Shown piece by piece: positions 1 through 13,116 of a DNA stretch of 64,000 nucleotides. Within the stretch, counting starts at the first letter, position 1; each line of letters begins with the position of its first letter. This DNA comes from Octopus sinensis (lineage: Eukaryota). Location: positions 134,850,001 to 134,914,000 of the forward strand of contig NC_043000.1 of the NCBI RefSeq assembly GCF_006345805.1. The letters are read 5' to 3'. Below the pieces are notes generated by a model. That model worked only from the letters and a program-made list of their open reading frames with translations, ran no database searches and was not told the DNA's origin. The position numbers and the translations under genes are program-made.

Positions 1-510
1 ATTATTCATTATTTTCAAAATAATAAGTTATAGCTATTTTTATATGAATAAATTCTCTTCCTAAAACATTTTTGTTTCATTTAATGCCTTAATTAAAATT
101 AGGATTGCAAGGATAGTTTGTAAAATAGAGTTACAGGTTCCACAATTATTAAGAAAATTGTATTATGGCTTCTGCATCAAAATATATTTAGGAACTGCAG
201 CCAAACACGATTTTTTGAATGACACACATACACTCTAAGTACCTGCCCTTAATCTACTTTTCACCTCCAAATACTACATCTAGCAAGAACATCACCGTCT
301 CTGTACCTATCGGTTGTCTGACCATTATAACAAAAAACTAAAACCAAAACACTCGGAACCTCCACCACCAACAGATGCATCCAACAAAAACATTGGAGCC
401 CTGAATATACGTAGAGAAGTCACAAGAGACCTAGAACATACAACTAAAAAGGCGATGTTCGAACATGGTTTCACTCGTGATTATTAAAAAAAAATGTTCA
501 AAATATTCAT

Positions 511-796
511 AATAATAATAATAATGAAATTATTGTATACAGTGCTCAGGTGCACAACAACTTGTCAAAAGTGCGTATAAAGCATATGCAGTAATGTACA
601 AATGTCTGGAAAGTGAACAGTGTATGAGTCAGATACATGCTTGCATGTGTATGGAGGGGAGAAAATGAGGTGTAATGTTGGCGAATCTCAGGAAGCATGG
701 AAGTTTTGAAGGATGCTGTGCTCCGACAATTAACAACTAACTGATGCTGGCAGTCTGTTCCATACTTCAGCAACTCTTAGCGTGAAAAAATGTTTC
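511..796 (-). mobile_element. CR1/L2-group LINE 3' end (ORF2 C-terminus, 3'UTR, (ATT)n tail)
   Basis: Minus strand reads KHFFTLRVAEVWNRLPASV..(frameshift)..CRSTASFKTSM, matching the FFxxRVxxxWNxLP...FK C-terminal motif of CR1-group ORF2. It ends in an (ATT)n tail near 511-527. Confidence 0.7.
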
Positions 797-2019
797 ATGG
801 CAGAGAAAAGGCGGAAAAATCTTTGAAGATATGGTTTAACACAACGAATACATTCAGAATATATACTGACAAAATCGTATTAGAAAAGCTAATATTTTAC
901 TAATTTCATATTATTACAATAATGAAAACAATATAACCAAGGAATGACAAATATCAATGGAACAAGGGAAATAACTTTCAAAGATTATTGTAAAACAAGA
1001 GTTCGGTCCCTTGAATTTCCACCAGCTTCTTGGCAAATACGAACGATCAAAAATCCAGTTCGCAGGTTCAATTTCTGGTTAACCTTACTACTTCTACAGC
1101 ATTTCAAATGTATTACTGTTAATTTCGCCAGAAACGAAATAGTTACCCCATAGTTGGAAGTTGTTATGACGAATTTTTCAATATTGTAAGTGGCGGTAGG
1201 TATTTGTCTGAGAAACACTAATTTAAATAGTTTAAGATATGTGATTGTCACCGACTTACAATCCCCCTCAGCTCTCTTCTCGAACATATATACACGTATC
1301 AATAAATATATGTCTTGACTCTATGAAATTCATTTATGTATATTCCATAATTAAACTTCAATTCCAGCATATACTGTAACATATTTCACCACAAATACAC
1401 GTGCATAAATTTGCATATATACATATATAATACTTAGAAAAGCGCTTTATTATAGTTAATCTGTCTAACGGACACTCTATACTTAGACATCTTTTGAACT
1501 GTATGGATGAATAGACAGGATAAATACTTTGTGAATCACACGTGCCATATAGGTACTAAACATGAGACTATTTTCAAAATCAATGGATTGAATGTAGTAA
1601 ATATTTCTATTTGCACCGCTAATTTCTGGACAATCCTGGTACCAAAAAAGGGACACTATGATTCTATGATGGACGAGCTCTGGGAATGGTCCAACAACCA
1701 AACTGGTCTTTTCAATATCTAGCGTGTGTGTCTTTCCTCGCTACATTATCCAATGTCTCTGTCCTTTAAATTATAGGAAGGTTTGATTTGGTTGTTATTT
1801 CTAGGAGCTCAAGTGCCCACATAGTATCACCTTTGCAACATTGTTATCTTCCATGATGTTTAGTTGCAATTTTTTACTTTGTAAAACCAGCAGACAGTGG
1901 ATAAGATAAAGTAAACACCATAAAAGTCATTTGAGTTGCCACAGAGATGAGAAGACAAGAACAGTTGCTATCTCTGTTTTTAATTTCAACTTGAATTGGT
2001 AAAATAAATACCAGAAAAG

Positions 2020-2270
2020 CACAGACGTGGCTGTGTGGTAAGAAGCTTGCTTTCCAAGCACATGGTTCTGGGTTCAGTCCCACTGCACGGCGAGTGTCTT
2101 TTACTATAGCCTCAGGCTGACCAAAGCTTTGTGAGTGGATTTGGTAGATGGAAACTGAAAGAAGTCCATCGTGTATATATATATATATATATATTCTTTT
2201 ATTCTGTAACTGGTTTCAGTCATTTGAGTGTGGCCATGCTGGAGCACAGCTTTTAGTTGAACAAATCAAT
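2020..2270. mobile_element. tRNA-SINE family A: 5' half (+), (TA)n, then a family A 3' tail (-)
   Basis: gtggctgtgtggtaagaagcttgc...gggttcagtcccactg head as in the full copies; reverse-oriented tail tttcagtcatttga..ggccatgctggagcac. Confidence 0.75.
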
Positions 2271-2274
2271 CCCT

Positions 2275-2580
2275 AATTCTCAATCCTGAAAGGATGAAAG
2301 GCAAAGTCAACCTTGGCAGAATTTGAACTCAGAATGTAAAGTCAGATGAAATGCTGCTAAGCATTTTGCCTGGTATGCTAATGATTCTTATTTCTTTATT
2401 GCCCACAAGGGGCTAAACATAGAGGGGACAAACAAGGACAGGCAAAGGGATTAGGTCGATTACATCGACCCCAGTGCGCAACTAGTACTTAATTTATCGA
2501 CCCCAAAAGGATGAAAGGCAAAGTCGACCTCGGCAGAATTTGAACTCAGAACATAGTGGCAGACAAAATGCCGCTAAGCT
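2275..2580 (-). mobile_element. tRNA-SINE family B, two partial tandem copies
   Basis: Repeated gaaaggatgaaaggcaaagtc(g/a)acct..gcagaatttgaactcagaa core, and the tail tttctttattgcccacaaggggctaaac. Confidence 0.8.
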
Positions 2581-3357
2581 GCCTTTACTGATACTATAAT
2601 ATTGAGTCCAGGACTTACAGATTGTGAACTTATTCTATTGAATTTGAAAGAATGAAAGAATCACATCTAAAGTCAAATCACATCTAAAGTGGATGGGGTT
2701 TGAATTCAGAAATACTACAAAATATTTCGTGTGATGTTCTATCGACTTTGCCAAAGGTTGTGTAAGTTTAAAATAAATCTTTTTTACAAACTAGATAAGA
2801 CAAAGAAAACAAATACTTCTCCCAATGGTTTTTGTGGAATTGAATGGAGGAAACAAGCTTCTCTCACAAGAAGGCACTACTTTGACACATGTTTCTCAGA
2901 AGGCTTCATAACCATTCTGTAGACAGATAAACTAAGGCATGCCTTGTTAAGAGAAACTGGTAAACATCTGCAGCATGATATAAATACATGATCCAAGAGA
3001 ATCTATTTAAATAGTTCTGATCTCAGCTGTTTTAATACTATTAATAAAAATACTTACACTAAATATATGTTATTTTAATTTGGGAAGGTTCTATTAGTAC
3101 CAGTTTCTATCATTAAGACTTTAGTCATGACAGGAACATTCTTAGGTTAAAAGTTACTCTTTATTTTAAGGACCTTCATTGTAGGGTACCACTAAAAATA
3201 GGCAAGATTTCTAACTTATCTCACTTTGTGCCTGCTATAGTTTGTAAGAACTAAATTACATACACACATGTTTATTATGTACACACACACACACACAAAT
3301 ATATGAACATGAATATGTATATAAATATGTATATATATGTATGTATATACACATATT

Positions 3358-3400
<43 letters not shown>

Positions 3401-3489
3401 TATATATATATATATATATTTATATATCCCTCTCTCTCTTTCGGAGAGGCACTGAGCAGCTATACGCACACAGCAGTAACTCCCGCCTA

Positions 3490-3620
3490 CCGAATTCAAT
3501 CACAAAGCTCCGGTCGGCTCGGGGCTATAGCGGAAGACATCTACCCAAAGTGTCATGCAGTAGGACTGAACCCAAAACCATGTAGTTAGGAAGCAAGCTC
3601 CCTAATCACACAGCCATGCC
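3490..3620 (-). mobile_element. tRNA-SINE family A, diverged 5' part
   Basis: ggggctatagcggaagacat...ggactgaaccc..aaccatgt...cacacagcca, the reverse complement of the family A head. Confidence 0.65.
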
Positions 3621-3835
3621 CATAGATATATATATATATATCAAAATAAGCAACAAGGATATCCAGTTGCTTATTTTGATTTTAATCACCTTAATTTGAA
3701 ATTGTATGGATAATACCATACTGAATTCTGGTGCCTCAATTTAAGTACCATATACATTTGAATCTACATCTATCTATCTATCTCTTTATATATATTATAT
3801 ATATGTATATGTGTGTATGAATATATATATATATA

Positions 3836-6213
3836 TCTACCTAGGAGACCAAGTCAGTAGCGGGGGTGGGTGTGCTGAAAGTGTAACTGCTAGAGTAAGA
3901 ATAGCCTGGGCAAAGTTTAGAGAGCTCTTACCCCTGCTGGTGACAAAAGGCCTCTCGCTCAGAGTAAAAGGCAGACTGTATGATGCATGTGTACGTACAG
4001 CCATGCTACATGGTAGTGAAACATGGGCCGTGACTGCTGAGGATATGCGTAAGCTCGCAAGAAATGAAGCCAGTATGCTCCGATGGATGTGTAATGTCAG
4101 TGTTCATAATCGTCAGAGTGTAAGTTCCTTGAGAGAAAAGCTGAACCTAAGAAGCGTCAGTTGTGGCGTGCAGAGAGACGGCTGCGCTGGTATGGTCATG
4201 TGACAAGAAAGGCTGAAGATAGTTGTGTGCAAAAGTGCTACACCCTAGCAGTGGAGGGAACCTGTGGAAGAGGTAGACCCAGGAAAACCTGGGACGAGGT
4301 GGTGAAGCACGACCTTCGAACTTTAGGTCTCACTAAGGAAATGTCTAGAGACCGAGACCTATGGAAGTATGCTGTGCATGAGAAGACCCGGCAAGACTAG
4401 TCAGGCCATAACCCGTGGCCCCGACCTGGGACGTAGTCAGTCCTGTGCATACCTTCCTTCTTGTGACACTTATGAAGACCTGTTGAGGCAAGTGAAAATC
4501 AAATCAAATCAAAACAAATCAAAATAGATGAACATCAGTGGAATTGTATTCTTTGTGGTACCAGTGCCGGTGGCACACAAGAAAACCACCCAAACGTGGC
4601 CGTAACCAGTACCGCATCGACTGGCCTCCGTGCTGTGGGCACAACAAACACCATCCGATCGTGGCCGTTCGCCAGCCTCATCTGGCACCTGTGCCGGTGG
4701 CACATAAAGACACCATCCGAAGACCCGGCGACGTAGTCAGTCCACCTGTGCATACCTTCCCTCTTATGACACTTGTGAAGACCTGTTGAGGCAAGTGTGT
4801 GACACTTGTGAAGACCTGTTGAGGCAAGTGAAAATCAAAAATCAAACCAAATCAAAATAGATGAATATCAATGGAATTTGTATCTTTGTGGTTCCAGTAC
4901 CGGTGGCACACAAGAAAACCATCCGAAGTGGCCGTAGCTGGTACCGCATCGACTGGCCTCCGTGCTGTGGGCACAACAAACACCATCTGATCGTGGCCGT
5001 TCGCCAGCCTCACCTGGCACCTGTGTCGGTGGCACATAAAAACACCATCCAAAGACCCGGCGACGTAGTCAGTCCACCTGTGCATACTTCCCTCTTATGA
5101 CACTTGTGAAGACCTGTTGAGGCAGAGGCAAGTGTGTGACACTTGTGAAGACCTGTTGAGGCAGAGGCAAGTGTGTGACACTTGGGAGACCTGTTGAGGC
5201 AAGTGTGTGACACGCGTGACACTTGTGAAGACCTGTTGAGGCAAGTGAAAATCAAACCAAATCAAAATAGATGAACATCATGGAATTTGTATCTTTGTGG
5301 TTCCAGTACCGGTGGCACACAAGGACACGCGTGACACTTGTGAAGACCTGTTGAGGCAAGTGAAAATCAAACCAAATCAAAATAGATGAACATCAATGGA
5401 ATTTGTATCTTTGTGGTTCCAGTACCGTGGCACACAAGAAAACCATCCGATCGTGGCCGTTCGCCAGCCACATCTGGCACCTGTGTCGGTGGCACATAAA
5501 GACACCATCCGAAGACCCGGCGACGTAGACAGTCCACCTGTGCATACCTTCCTTCTTGTGACACTTGTGAAGACCTGTTGAGGCAAGTGACACTTGTGTA
5601 GACCTGTTGAGGCAAGTGAAAATCAAATCAAATCAAAACAAATCAAAATAGATGAGCATAAATGGAATTTGTATCTTGTGGTACCAGTGCCGGTGGCACA
5701 CAAGAAAATCATCCGAACGTGGCCGTAGCCAGTACCGCATAGACTGGCCTCCGTGCTTTGGGGACGTAACAAACACCATCCGATCATGGCCGTCCGCCAG
5801 CCTCATCTGGCACCTGTGTCGGTGCACATAAAAACACCATCCGAGCGTGGCCGTCTGCCAGCCTCGTCTGGCACCTGCCAGCCTCATCTGGCACCTGTGT
5901 CGGTGGCACATAAAAACACCATCCGAGCGTGGCCGTCTGCCAGCCTCGTCTGGCACCTGTGTCGGTGGCACATAAAAAACACCATCCGAGCGTGGCCGTT
6001 CGCCAGCCTCGTCTGGCACCTGTGTCGGTGGCACATAAAATCACCCACTACACTCTCGGAGTGGTTGGCGTTAGGAAGGGCATCCAGCTGTAGAAACACT
6101 GCCAGATCTGACTGGCCTGGTGCAGCCTTCGGGCTCCCCAGACCCCAGTTGAACCGTCCAACCCATGCTAGCATGGAAAACGGACGCTAAATGATGATGA
6201 TGATGATGATGAT
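3836..6213 (+). mobile_element. 5'-truncated RTE-clade LINE: ORF C-terminus (3836-4400, frameshifted), long tandem-repeat 3'UTR, (GAT)n tail
   Basis: YLGD...ARVRIAWAKFREL...LYDACVRTAMLHGSETW...EASMLRWM and RRLRWYGHV...GRGRPRKTW are typical RTE post-RT motifs. The 3' end ccatgctagcatgg hairpin is followed by (GAT)n. Confidence 0.9.
4383..6040 (+). repeat. Hierarchical tandem repeat inside the RTE 3'UTR (~300-bp units with ~30-bp and ~58-bp sub-arrays)
   Basis: Recurrent gtgacacttgtgaagacctgttgaggcaagt, aaatcaaaatagatgaa and ggcacataaaaacaccatccgagcgtggccgt..gccagcctc.tctggcacctgtgtcggt. Confidence 0.9.
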
Positions 6214-6218
6214 ATATA

Positions 6219-6512
6219 TGTGGAGGCGCAATGGCCCAGTGGTTAGGGTAGCGGACTCGTGGTTGTAGGATCGCGGTTTCGATTCCCAGACTGGGCGTTG
6301 TGAGTGTTTATTGAGTGAAAACACCTAAAGCTCCACGGGGCTCTGGCAGGGGGTGGTGGCGAACCCTACTGTACTCTTTCGCCACAACTTTCTCTCACTC
6401 TTTCTTCTGTTGGCCTGCTCGCTTAGCCAGTGGGGTGGCGTCATTTGAAGGCTAAAACAATGCGAAGCGCATTGTGACCAGCGATGTGTAGCAACATCTG
6501 ATAGTCTGGTCG
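6219..6512 (+). mobile_element. tRNA-SINE family C (alternative 3' part)
   Basis: gtggaggcgcaatggcccagtggttagg (A box)...ggtttcgattccc (B box); the head and body are shared with 37462-37846 but the tail differs. Confidence 0.8.
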
Positions 6513-7109
6513 GAAAAAATATATATATATATATTATATATGCATGTACGTATGTATGTATGTATGTATGCATAAATATTTATGTATATGTATGAGTATA
6601 ATAATAAACCTAGTATTAACCTTACATCCTTGGTGAAGCTGTATTGCTATACAACACTTCGATAAGTGGCAGATAGTAGAATGGTCTTTAGAAATATATA
6701 GAGGTTAGCTGTGAATAAGCCAGCATGATGATCGGCTAATAAGTAGTTGCAAACAAGCTGTAGCAGCATTCACTAGGGTGCAGTGACCTAATAGTGGATC
6801 TATATATATAAAAAAAAAAAACAGCAATGACAAAAAATGGTATATGCCATATGACAGTGCTGTGACAAGGCAGATAAAAGCTGCTTTCAAATTCACCTGC
6901 TTCTGTCTGTGAGTAAGATTGTTGCAGCCTTCTCCCTCAAGCTACCACTTCTTTGATATTTTGCTGAGACAAAGAAAGTGCCTGTGCTTGCTCATGACTG
7001 CAAGGGCACCTAAAATAAGAGTGAAAGTTTGGTGCATGAGAAGGAAAATCTTTTCTGCTACCGAGTCATACTTGAATATGAGTGATGGCTAAGAAATTAA
7101 ACTCCTATA

Positions 7110-7503
7110 TTCTTTACTCTTTTACTTGTTTCAGTCATTTGACTGCGGCCATGCTGGGGCACCACCTTTAGTCGAGCAAATCGACCCCGGGACTTATTCT
7201 TTGTAAGCCCAGTACTTATTCTATCGGTCTCTTTTGCCGAACCGCTAAGTGACAGGGACATAAACACACCAGCATCGGTTGTCAAGCGATGTTGGGGGGA
7301 CAAACACAGACACACAAACACATATATATACATATATATATACGACGGGCTTCTTTCAGTTTCCGTCTACCAAATCCACTCACAAGGCATTGGTCGGCCC
7401 GGGGCTATAGCAGAAGACACTTGCCCAAGATGCCACGCAGTGGGACTGAACCTGGAACCATGTGGTTGGTTAGCAAGCTACTTATCACACAGCCACTCCC
7501 GCG
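7110..7503 (-). mobile_element. tRNA-SINE family A, full length
   Basis: Reverse complement of head, internal (TA)n/(TG)n, and tail ggtgccccagcatggccgcagtcaaatgactgaaacaagtaaaagagt. Confidence 0.9.
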
Positions 7504-8106
7504 TTTATAATAGCTAAATTTATCAATAAGCAGAAAATAATTTATTCATTGTTTTGTATCAGTATATTTAAGGGTGAGGACTGTATTTAGTGAAAGAGAA
7601 AAAAAAAATCAAATTTTCTTACATTTTCCTCATCCCTGTTGTCATATTTGGTGTAAGAGAAAAAAATTTTCTAACATCATCCTTGTCATCGTCATCACCA
7701 TCATCATTTAAACATTCAGTTTACCATGCTTGGATGGGTCAGATGGAATTTGTTGAGGCAGATTTTCCACGGCTGGATGACTCTCCTGTTGCCAACATTC
7801 ATGGATTTCCAAGCAAGATAATTTCCCCCCATGGCTGGACATGGTTTCATGGAAGCTTGGAAATGAAGGACACTTTTTTTACAACAATCACATGATATCA
7901 AGACAAGGAGACACCAACTCATAGACACAAAAGGCTTCTTTCAGGTTCCATCAACCAGATTTACTCCCAAGACAACAATCAGCATAGAACACATGGGCCC
8001 AAAGTGACACTCAGTAGAACTGATCCCAAAACCAAGAGGTTGGGAAGCAAGTTTCTTAACTACAGAGTTTTATGTGTGTGTGTGTATATACATATATATA
8101 TATATA

Positions 8107-8889
8107 CTAGCAGCATAACCCGGTGTTGCCCGGGTATGTAAGAGCCCCTAGTAGGCAACGACTAATCCCAATCTAGTCCTTTCCCTCTAGGGAACGAAGG
8201 CGCATGTGTAGGTCTTCTCTTCACTCCCAAATAACTATCAAACAGCTATCGATAATTCAACCCAACCAATTCCTACCAGGAAGAAATTACATTCGAGACT
8301 TTACCCCCAACTTCTGCTAATAGCTGCTGCAGCCGCAAGTTATTCGAATCCTTTTTTTGTTTACACTTTCTTTATAACTACCACCCCAAGCGTTTTACCT
8401 TAAATTTTTGACGTACCCTAAGGGTCCTCGGACGCTACTTGCAAACTCTTGGTTTATTATAAACCGCTTTTGTCGTGTGCATCAAAAATCCTTTTCCATT
8501 CATTTGTTCAGTTTGGTCACTTTTGACTTTTTCGTTGTTGTCACTCACATTGCTGCCCGCTTTTTTGCCGTTTTTGTACATTTTTATACATTTTGGGATA
8601 CTTACCCCACGTGTTCTGAGAGTTAAAAAGGTCGTGTTGCGTCCCCTAAACAGTCTGTAGAAAATGTGTTGCATATAAAAAGCTTAGATTCTCGACCCAT
8701 GTCGAATTTATCGATTTTTTTTCAGAACTGGGGGAACTTTTCAAAATTTTCGCTGCGTTAGTTTTGAATTATGACATTGGGCTATGTGTGTGTCAAGTTT
8801 CATCAGAATCGGTTGAAAGCCGTGGTCAGGGTGAGGGTACAACCTGACAGACACACAGACAGACAAACTGCCGTTTATATATAGAGAGA
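8107..8889 (-). mobile_element. Non-autonomous Helitron
   Basis: Minus strand starts A|TCtctctatatataa followed by (CTGT)-like repeats. It ends with hairpin acccgg-gcaaca-ccgggt plus CTAG|T. A|T insertion site with no TSD. Confidence 0.85.
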
Positions 8890-8989
8890 TAAAACTTGAC
8901 TCAATAGTTCTGCTCAAGCTGTCAGAGATGATGTCTAATTTTTTAATTAAAAAATAATTATAAATTATCTCTATTTTCTTAAGATATAA

Positions 8990-9305
8990 TATCACCTTGA
9001 TCACCTTGACCGACCAGTCTGTCAGGCATCCATTTGACACTGCTGGTCACAGCACGCTGTCCACTCCTCTCAGGATCGTGCCTTCCTCATCCACGTGATC
9101 CCAATCGCCCTCCTGAATTCGTAACTCCACTGTCATGGAGGCCTTCTGAGTGGTCATTTCTGCTTGCGTGGGTACCACTCGACAACTGCACAGGTCCACC
9201 GATTATCGGTGAGATGGACGATGTGTCCAGCCCATCTAAACTTGCTGCGTGTATATTCTACGATGATATCCCTCACACTGGACTTCTCTCTGATGACCTT
9301 GCTAC
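8990..9305 (-). mobile_element. RTE-clade LINE 3' fragment (second family)
   Basis: IREKSSVRDIIVEYTRSKFRWAGHIVHLTDNRWTCAVVEWYPRKQK*PLRRPP*QW; short tandem (tcaaggtga)2 at the 3' end. Confidence 0.8.
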
Positions 9306-9330
9306 TGATGTATATGTATATATATATATA

Positions 9331-9950
9331 GGCGCAGGAGTGGCTGTGTGGTAAGTAGCTTGCTTACCAACCACATGGTTCTGGGTTCAGTCCTACTGCG
9401 TGGCATCTTGGGCAAGTGTCTTCTGCTATAGCCCTGGGCCGACCAATGCCTTGTGAGTGGATTTGGTAGACAGAAACTGAAAGAAGCCTGTCGTATATAT
9501 GTATATATATGTATATGTGTATGTGTGTGTGTTTGTGTGTCTGTGTTTGTCCCCCTAGCATTGCTTGACAACCGATGCTGGTGTGTTTACGTCCCCGTCA
9601 CTTAGCAGTTCGGCAAAAGAGAACGATAGAATAAGTACTGGGCTTACAAAGAATAAGTCCCGGGGTCGATTTGCTCGACTAAAGACGGTGCTCCAGCATG
9701 GCCACAGTCAAATGACTGAAACAAGTAAAAGAGTAAAAGAGTATATGTTTTTTGTATCTCTGTTTGTTCCCCCACCATCACTTGACAACTGATGTTGGTG
9801 TGTTTATGTTCCTGTAAGTTAGCAGTTCGGCAAAAAAGACAGATAGAATAAGTACTAGGCTTACAAAGAATAAGTCTTGGGGTCGATTTGTTCAACTAAA
9901 GGTGGTGCTCCAGCATGGCCACAGTCAAATGACTGAAGCATGTAAAAGAA
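9331..9950 (+). mobile_element. tRNA-SINE family A, full copy followed by a second, more diverged 3' half
   Basis: ggcgcaggagtggctgtgtggtaagtagc head through the tail at ~9740, then the 3' half repeated at 9755-9950. Confidence 0.88.
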
Positions 9951-10222
9951 AAGCAAATAATTCTTCTCCAATCTCTAGGTATTATAATCTCTGACATGCA
10001 ATAATGTGAACAATCCTTAGAACTCATCCACGCTTTTGATTTGTCATCTTTTTTTTAACCTTTAAGATCATAGTATTTAAGATCATCATCTTTTACTTCA
10101 GTCATTGGACTGTGGCCATGCTGGGGCACCAGCTTCAAAGGTTTTAATTGAATAAATCAATACTTATTTTTTAAGCTTGATACTTATTCTATTGGTTATT
10201 TTTTTTTGTTGAACTGCTAAAT

Positions 10223-10630
10223 TATCATCATCATCATTGTTTAAAGTCTGCTTTCCATGCTGGCATGGGTTGGACGATTTGACTGAGGTCTGGCGAACCA
10301 GATGGCTGCACCAGACTCCAATCTGATTTGGTAGAGTTTCTACAGCCAGATACCCTTCCTAACGCCAACCACCTTGAGAGTGTAGTGGGTGCTTTTATGT
10401 GTCACCGGCACGAGGGCCACACTCAAATGGCGCTTTTTACGTGCCACCTGCACAGGAGCCAGTCCAGTGGCACTGGCAACGACCTCACTCAAATGTTTTT
10501 TCACGTGTCACCAGCACAAGTGCCAGTAAGGTGATGCAGGTAACGCTCACGCTTGAATGGTGTTTTTTATGTGCCACCAGCATGGAGGCCAGCTTGTTGC
10601 TCTGGCAATGATCACACTCATATGGTACTT
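10223..10630 (-). mobile_element. 3'UTR fragment related to the RTE family at 3836-6213
   Basis: (ATC)n + tttccatgctggcatgggttggacg...cccttcctaacgccaaccac..gagagtgtagtgggtgcttttatgtg, the reverse complement of 6030-6213. Confidence 0.8.
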
Positions 10631-11209
10631 TTAGTGCTCCAATAAACTAACATTGGTTATCAAATGGTGGAGACAAATGCAGACATATACACACACATAT
10701 GCAACTGGCTTCCAAATAGTTTCCATCAACCAAATTCATTTACATGGTAGGGCTCATGGCTATAGTTTACCTTAGACACTTGCCTAAGGTGTTGAACAGT
10801 GGTCTGAACCTAAAACCATAATGGTTGCAAAGCAAGCTTCTTACTTACACATCCATTTACAATAGTGAAATACTAGTGTAAGGAGGGGTTAGTAGCTAAA
10901 TAGAAATTTACGTCCCTTAATTCAAAAGAACAAAGTGTTTGGTTACAGCAGCTCCCATTGTGAAAGAGAAAGTACTCAGACATCCAAAGCATTTAGTTAT
11001 TTAACAGAATGACTGACAAGTAGGAATACTAACAGCCAGAAAAAATATATTCTTAATGAAGGCACCAGAAAACCATAAATGTGAAGCATGGAGATTGTTG
11101 ATTAGATTGCCCCTGTATTCAACTGGATGGAGACCCTTGAAAGGAGGAAAGGTAAAGTTGGCCTCAGTGGGTTTCGAAATCAGAATATAAAGGTATGCAA
11201 CTAAATATT

Positions 11210-11416
11210 GCTTTCAAATTTTGGCACAAGGCCAGCAATTTTAGGGGAGGGATAAGTCAATTTCATCAATCCTCGTGTTCAATTGGTACTTATTTTATCA
11301 ACCTCAAAAGTATGAAAGGCAAAGTTGACCTTGATGAACCCAGGACGTAAAGTCAGATGAAATGCTGCTAAGCATTTTGTCTGGTATGCTAACGATTCTG
11401 CCAGGTTGCTGCCTTA
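11210..11416 (-). mobile_element. tRNA-SINE family B, diverged, with the ggccttgtgccaaaatttgaaa tail
   Basis: tttcaaattttggcacaaggcc...ggtacttattttatc..atgaaaggcaaagttgacc...gctaagcatttt. Confidence 0.65.
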
Positions 11417-12717
11417 ATGCAGCTAAATGTTACAAGACAGAACCTATTGGGTGCATTTGGTATTATTGTCATCTAGGAATATTAATAAAATATTGATTAT
11501 TAAATTGATTGCAAATCTGATACATGAAAGAAGCAAGCAGATAAAGAAAACAAAAGAACTTTTTTCAAAAACAACACACACATACACAAAAATAATGAAT
11601 ATCAGTGTTCATTAATTTATTAATATAAAGTTATAGATTTAAATGTTTAATCAACAATTTAAGATTTTTTCTTTTTTGTGTTAATATTGTTAAATGGAAG
11701 TGAAAATGATGAGAATATTAACAATTTCAAAAACAATATATAAAATAGTCTTTTTTGAGATATTTTGTTTAATTTTCATCATTTGGAGCAAAAAAAAATT
11801 TCAGTTAAAACACACAACATAAATATTTCCCCCTACCAAGATGGAAAAAAGAAACAAACAAGAAAATGGTTGTTGTAATGAAAAGAAATGAGAAAAAAGA
11901 ATACAAGTTTAAGAGAAAAAAAATTTGTTTTTAAAAATAAAGGTCACTTAAAGTGAAACAAAAATGAAAATAGAACTTTTTGTATAAGTGATGTATATTT
12001 TAACTTATGATCTTTTATAATTTCCAGAGAATTTTTAAAAACAATTTTATACCTGTTTTTCAATGTCAGCATGGGAGGAATTCAATCATATAAATAAATT
12101 TAGGTGACCTCCTTAATGATAACCATACGAAAGTATGTCAGATTTTCAGAAAACTCAGAGCATAAGGTAAATGTTAGTGGCTTATAATATTGAACCACTA
12201 ACCACACCTTGAGCCAAGGGCTAACTTTTATAATAATGTTTGTAAGTAGGGTAGTGAATAAATTAAAATAGGAGAAGCAACAATGAAAATCATACCACAC
12301 TTCCAATGATAGATCTAATGATGACACATTGAAGAAAATGAAAATCTGAAACCAAACACTTAGAGGTTTTTTTCCCCAAATGCCAATCATTGTACCCAGT
12401 GGTGTAGCTAATAGGAGAGCAAGGGGGAGCGACCACTCCCACCAAGCACATTTTTCAAAATTGGTGCATTTTCAACAATTTATTTTTGACGCTTTAGTTA
12501 TCTACATCAGTAGGTGTAAGTTTTGTACATAATGACATTGTTACTGAAATAGAATACAATTATGTATAACTAATGAAATATAAGAGAAATTAGTTAAAAA
12601 TTGTTTGGTATATATCATGGCACCTTCTTTTTTTCATGTGCTCACTCCCACCAACTTTAGAACCAGGTCATGCCTCTGATTGCATCATAGAAGGAGAAAA
12701 ATATCTATACTTTAATA

Positions 12718-12888
12718 GGCGTAGGAGTGGCTGTGTGGTAAGTAGCTTGCTAACCAACCACATGGTTCCGGGTTCAGTCCCACTGTGTGGCACCTTGAGC
12801 AAGTGTCTTCTACTATAGCCTCGGGCCGATCAAAGCCTTGTGAGTGGATATGGTAGACGGAAACTGAAAGAAGCCCGTCGTATATATG

Positions 12889-12919
<31 letters not shown>

Positions 12920-13116
12920 CTGTGTTTGTCTCCCCAACATCGCTTGACAACCGATGCTGGTGTGTTAACGCACCCGTAACTTAGCGGTTCGGCAAAAGAG
13001 ACCAATAGAATAAGTACTAGGCTTATAAGGAATAAGTCCTGGGGTCGATTTGCTCGATCGACTAAAGGTGGTGCTCTAGCATGGCCACAGTCAAATGACT
13101 GAAACAAGTAAAAGAG
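12718..13116 (+). mobile_element. tRNA-SINE family A, full length
   Basis: Complete head, body and tail; flanked by a short direct repeat tttaata. Confidence 0.9.

Noticed and set aside
944-1722. Short ORFs of 69-105 aa in unique-looking sequence
   Set aside because: No recognisable domain; overlapping on both strands; lengths expected by chance.
4430-6040. CRISPR-like appearance of recurring ~30-bp repeats
   Set aside because: The intervening sequences are themselves repeated rather than unique spacers. The array lies in a eukaryotic LINE 3'UTR, and there are no cas genes.
6219-6295. tRNA gene calls for SINE heads (also 19673, 37770-37846, 40530-40605)
   Set aside because: A and B boxes are present, but the acceptor stem is not closed and the heads continue into SINE bodies, several with TSDs.
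12104-12166. Possible plus-strand 63-nt coding micro-exon (ag|VTSLMITIRKYVRFSENSEHK|gtaaat)
   Set aside because: Weak polypyrimidine tract, no recognisable protein and no partner exons.
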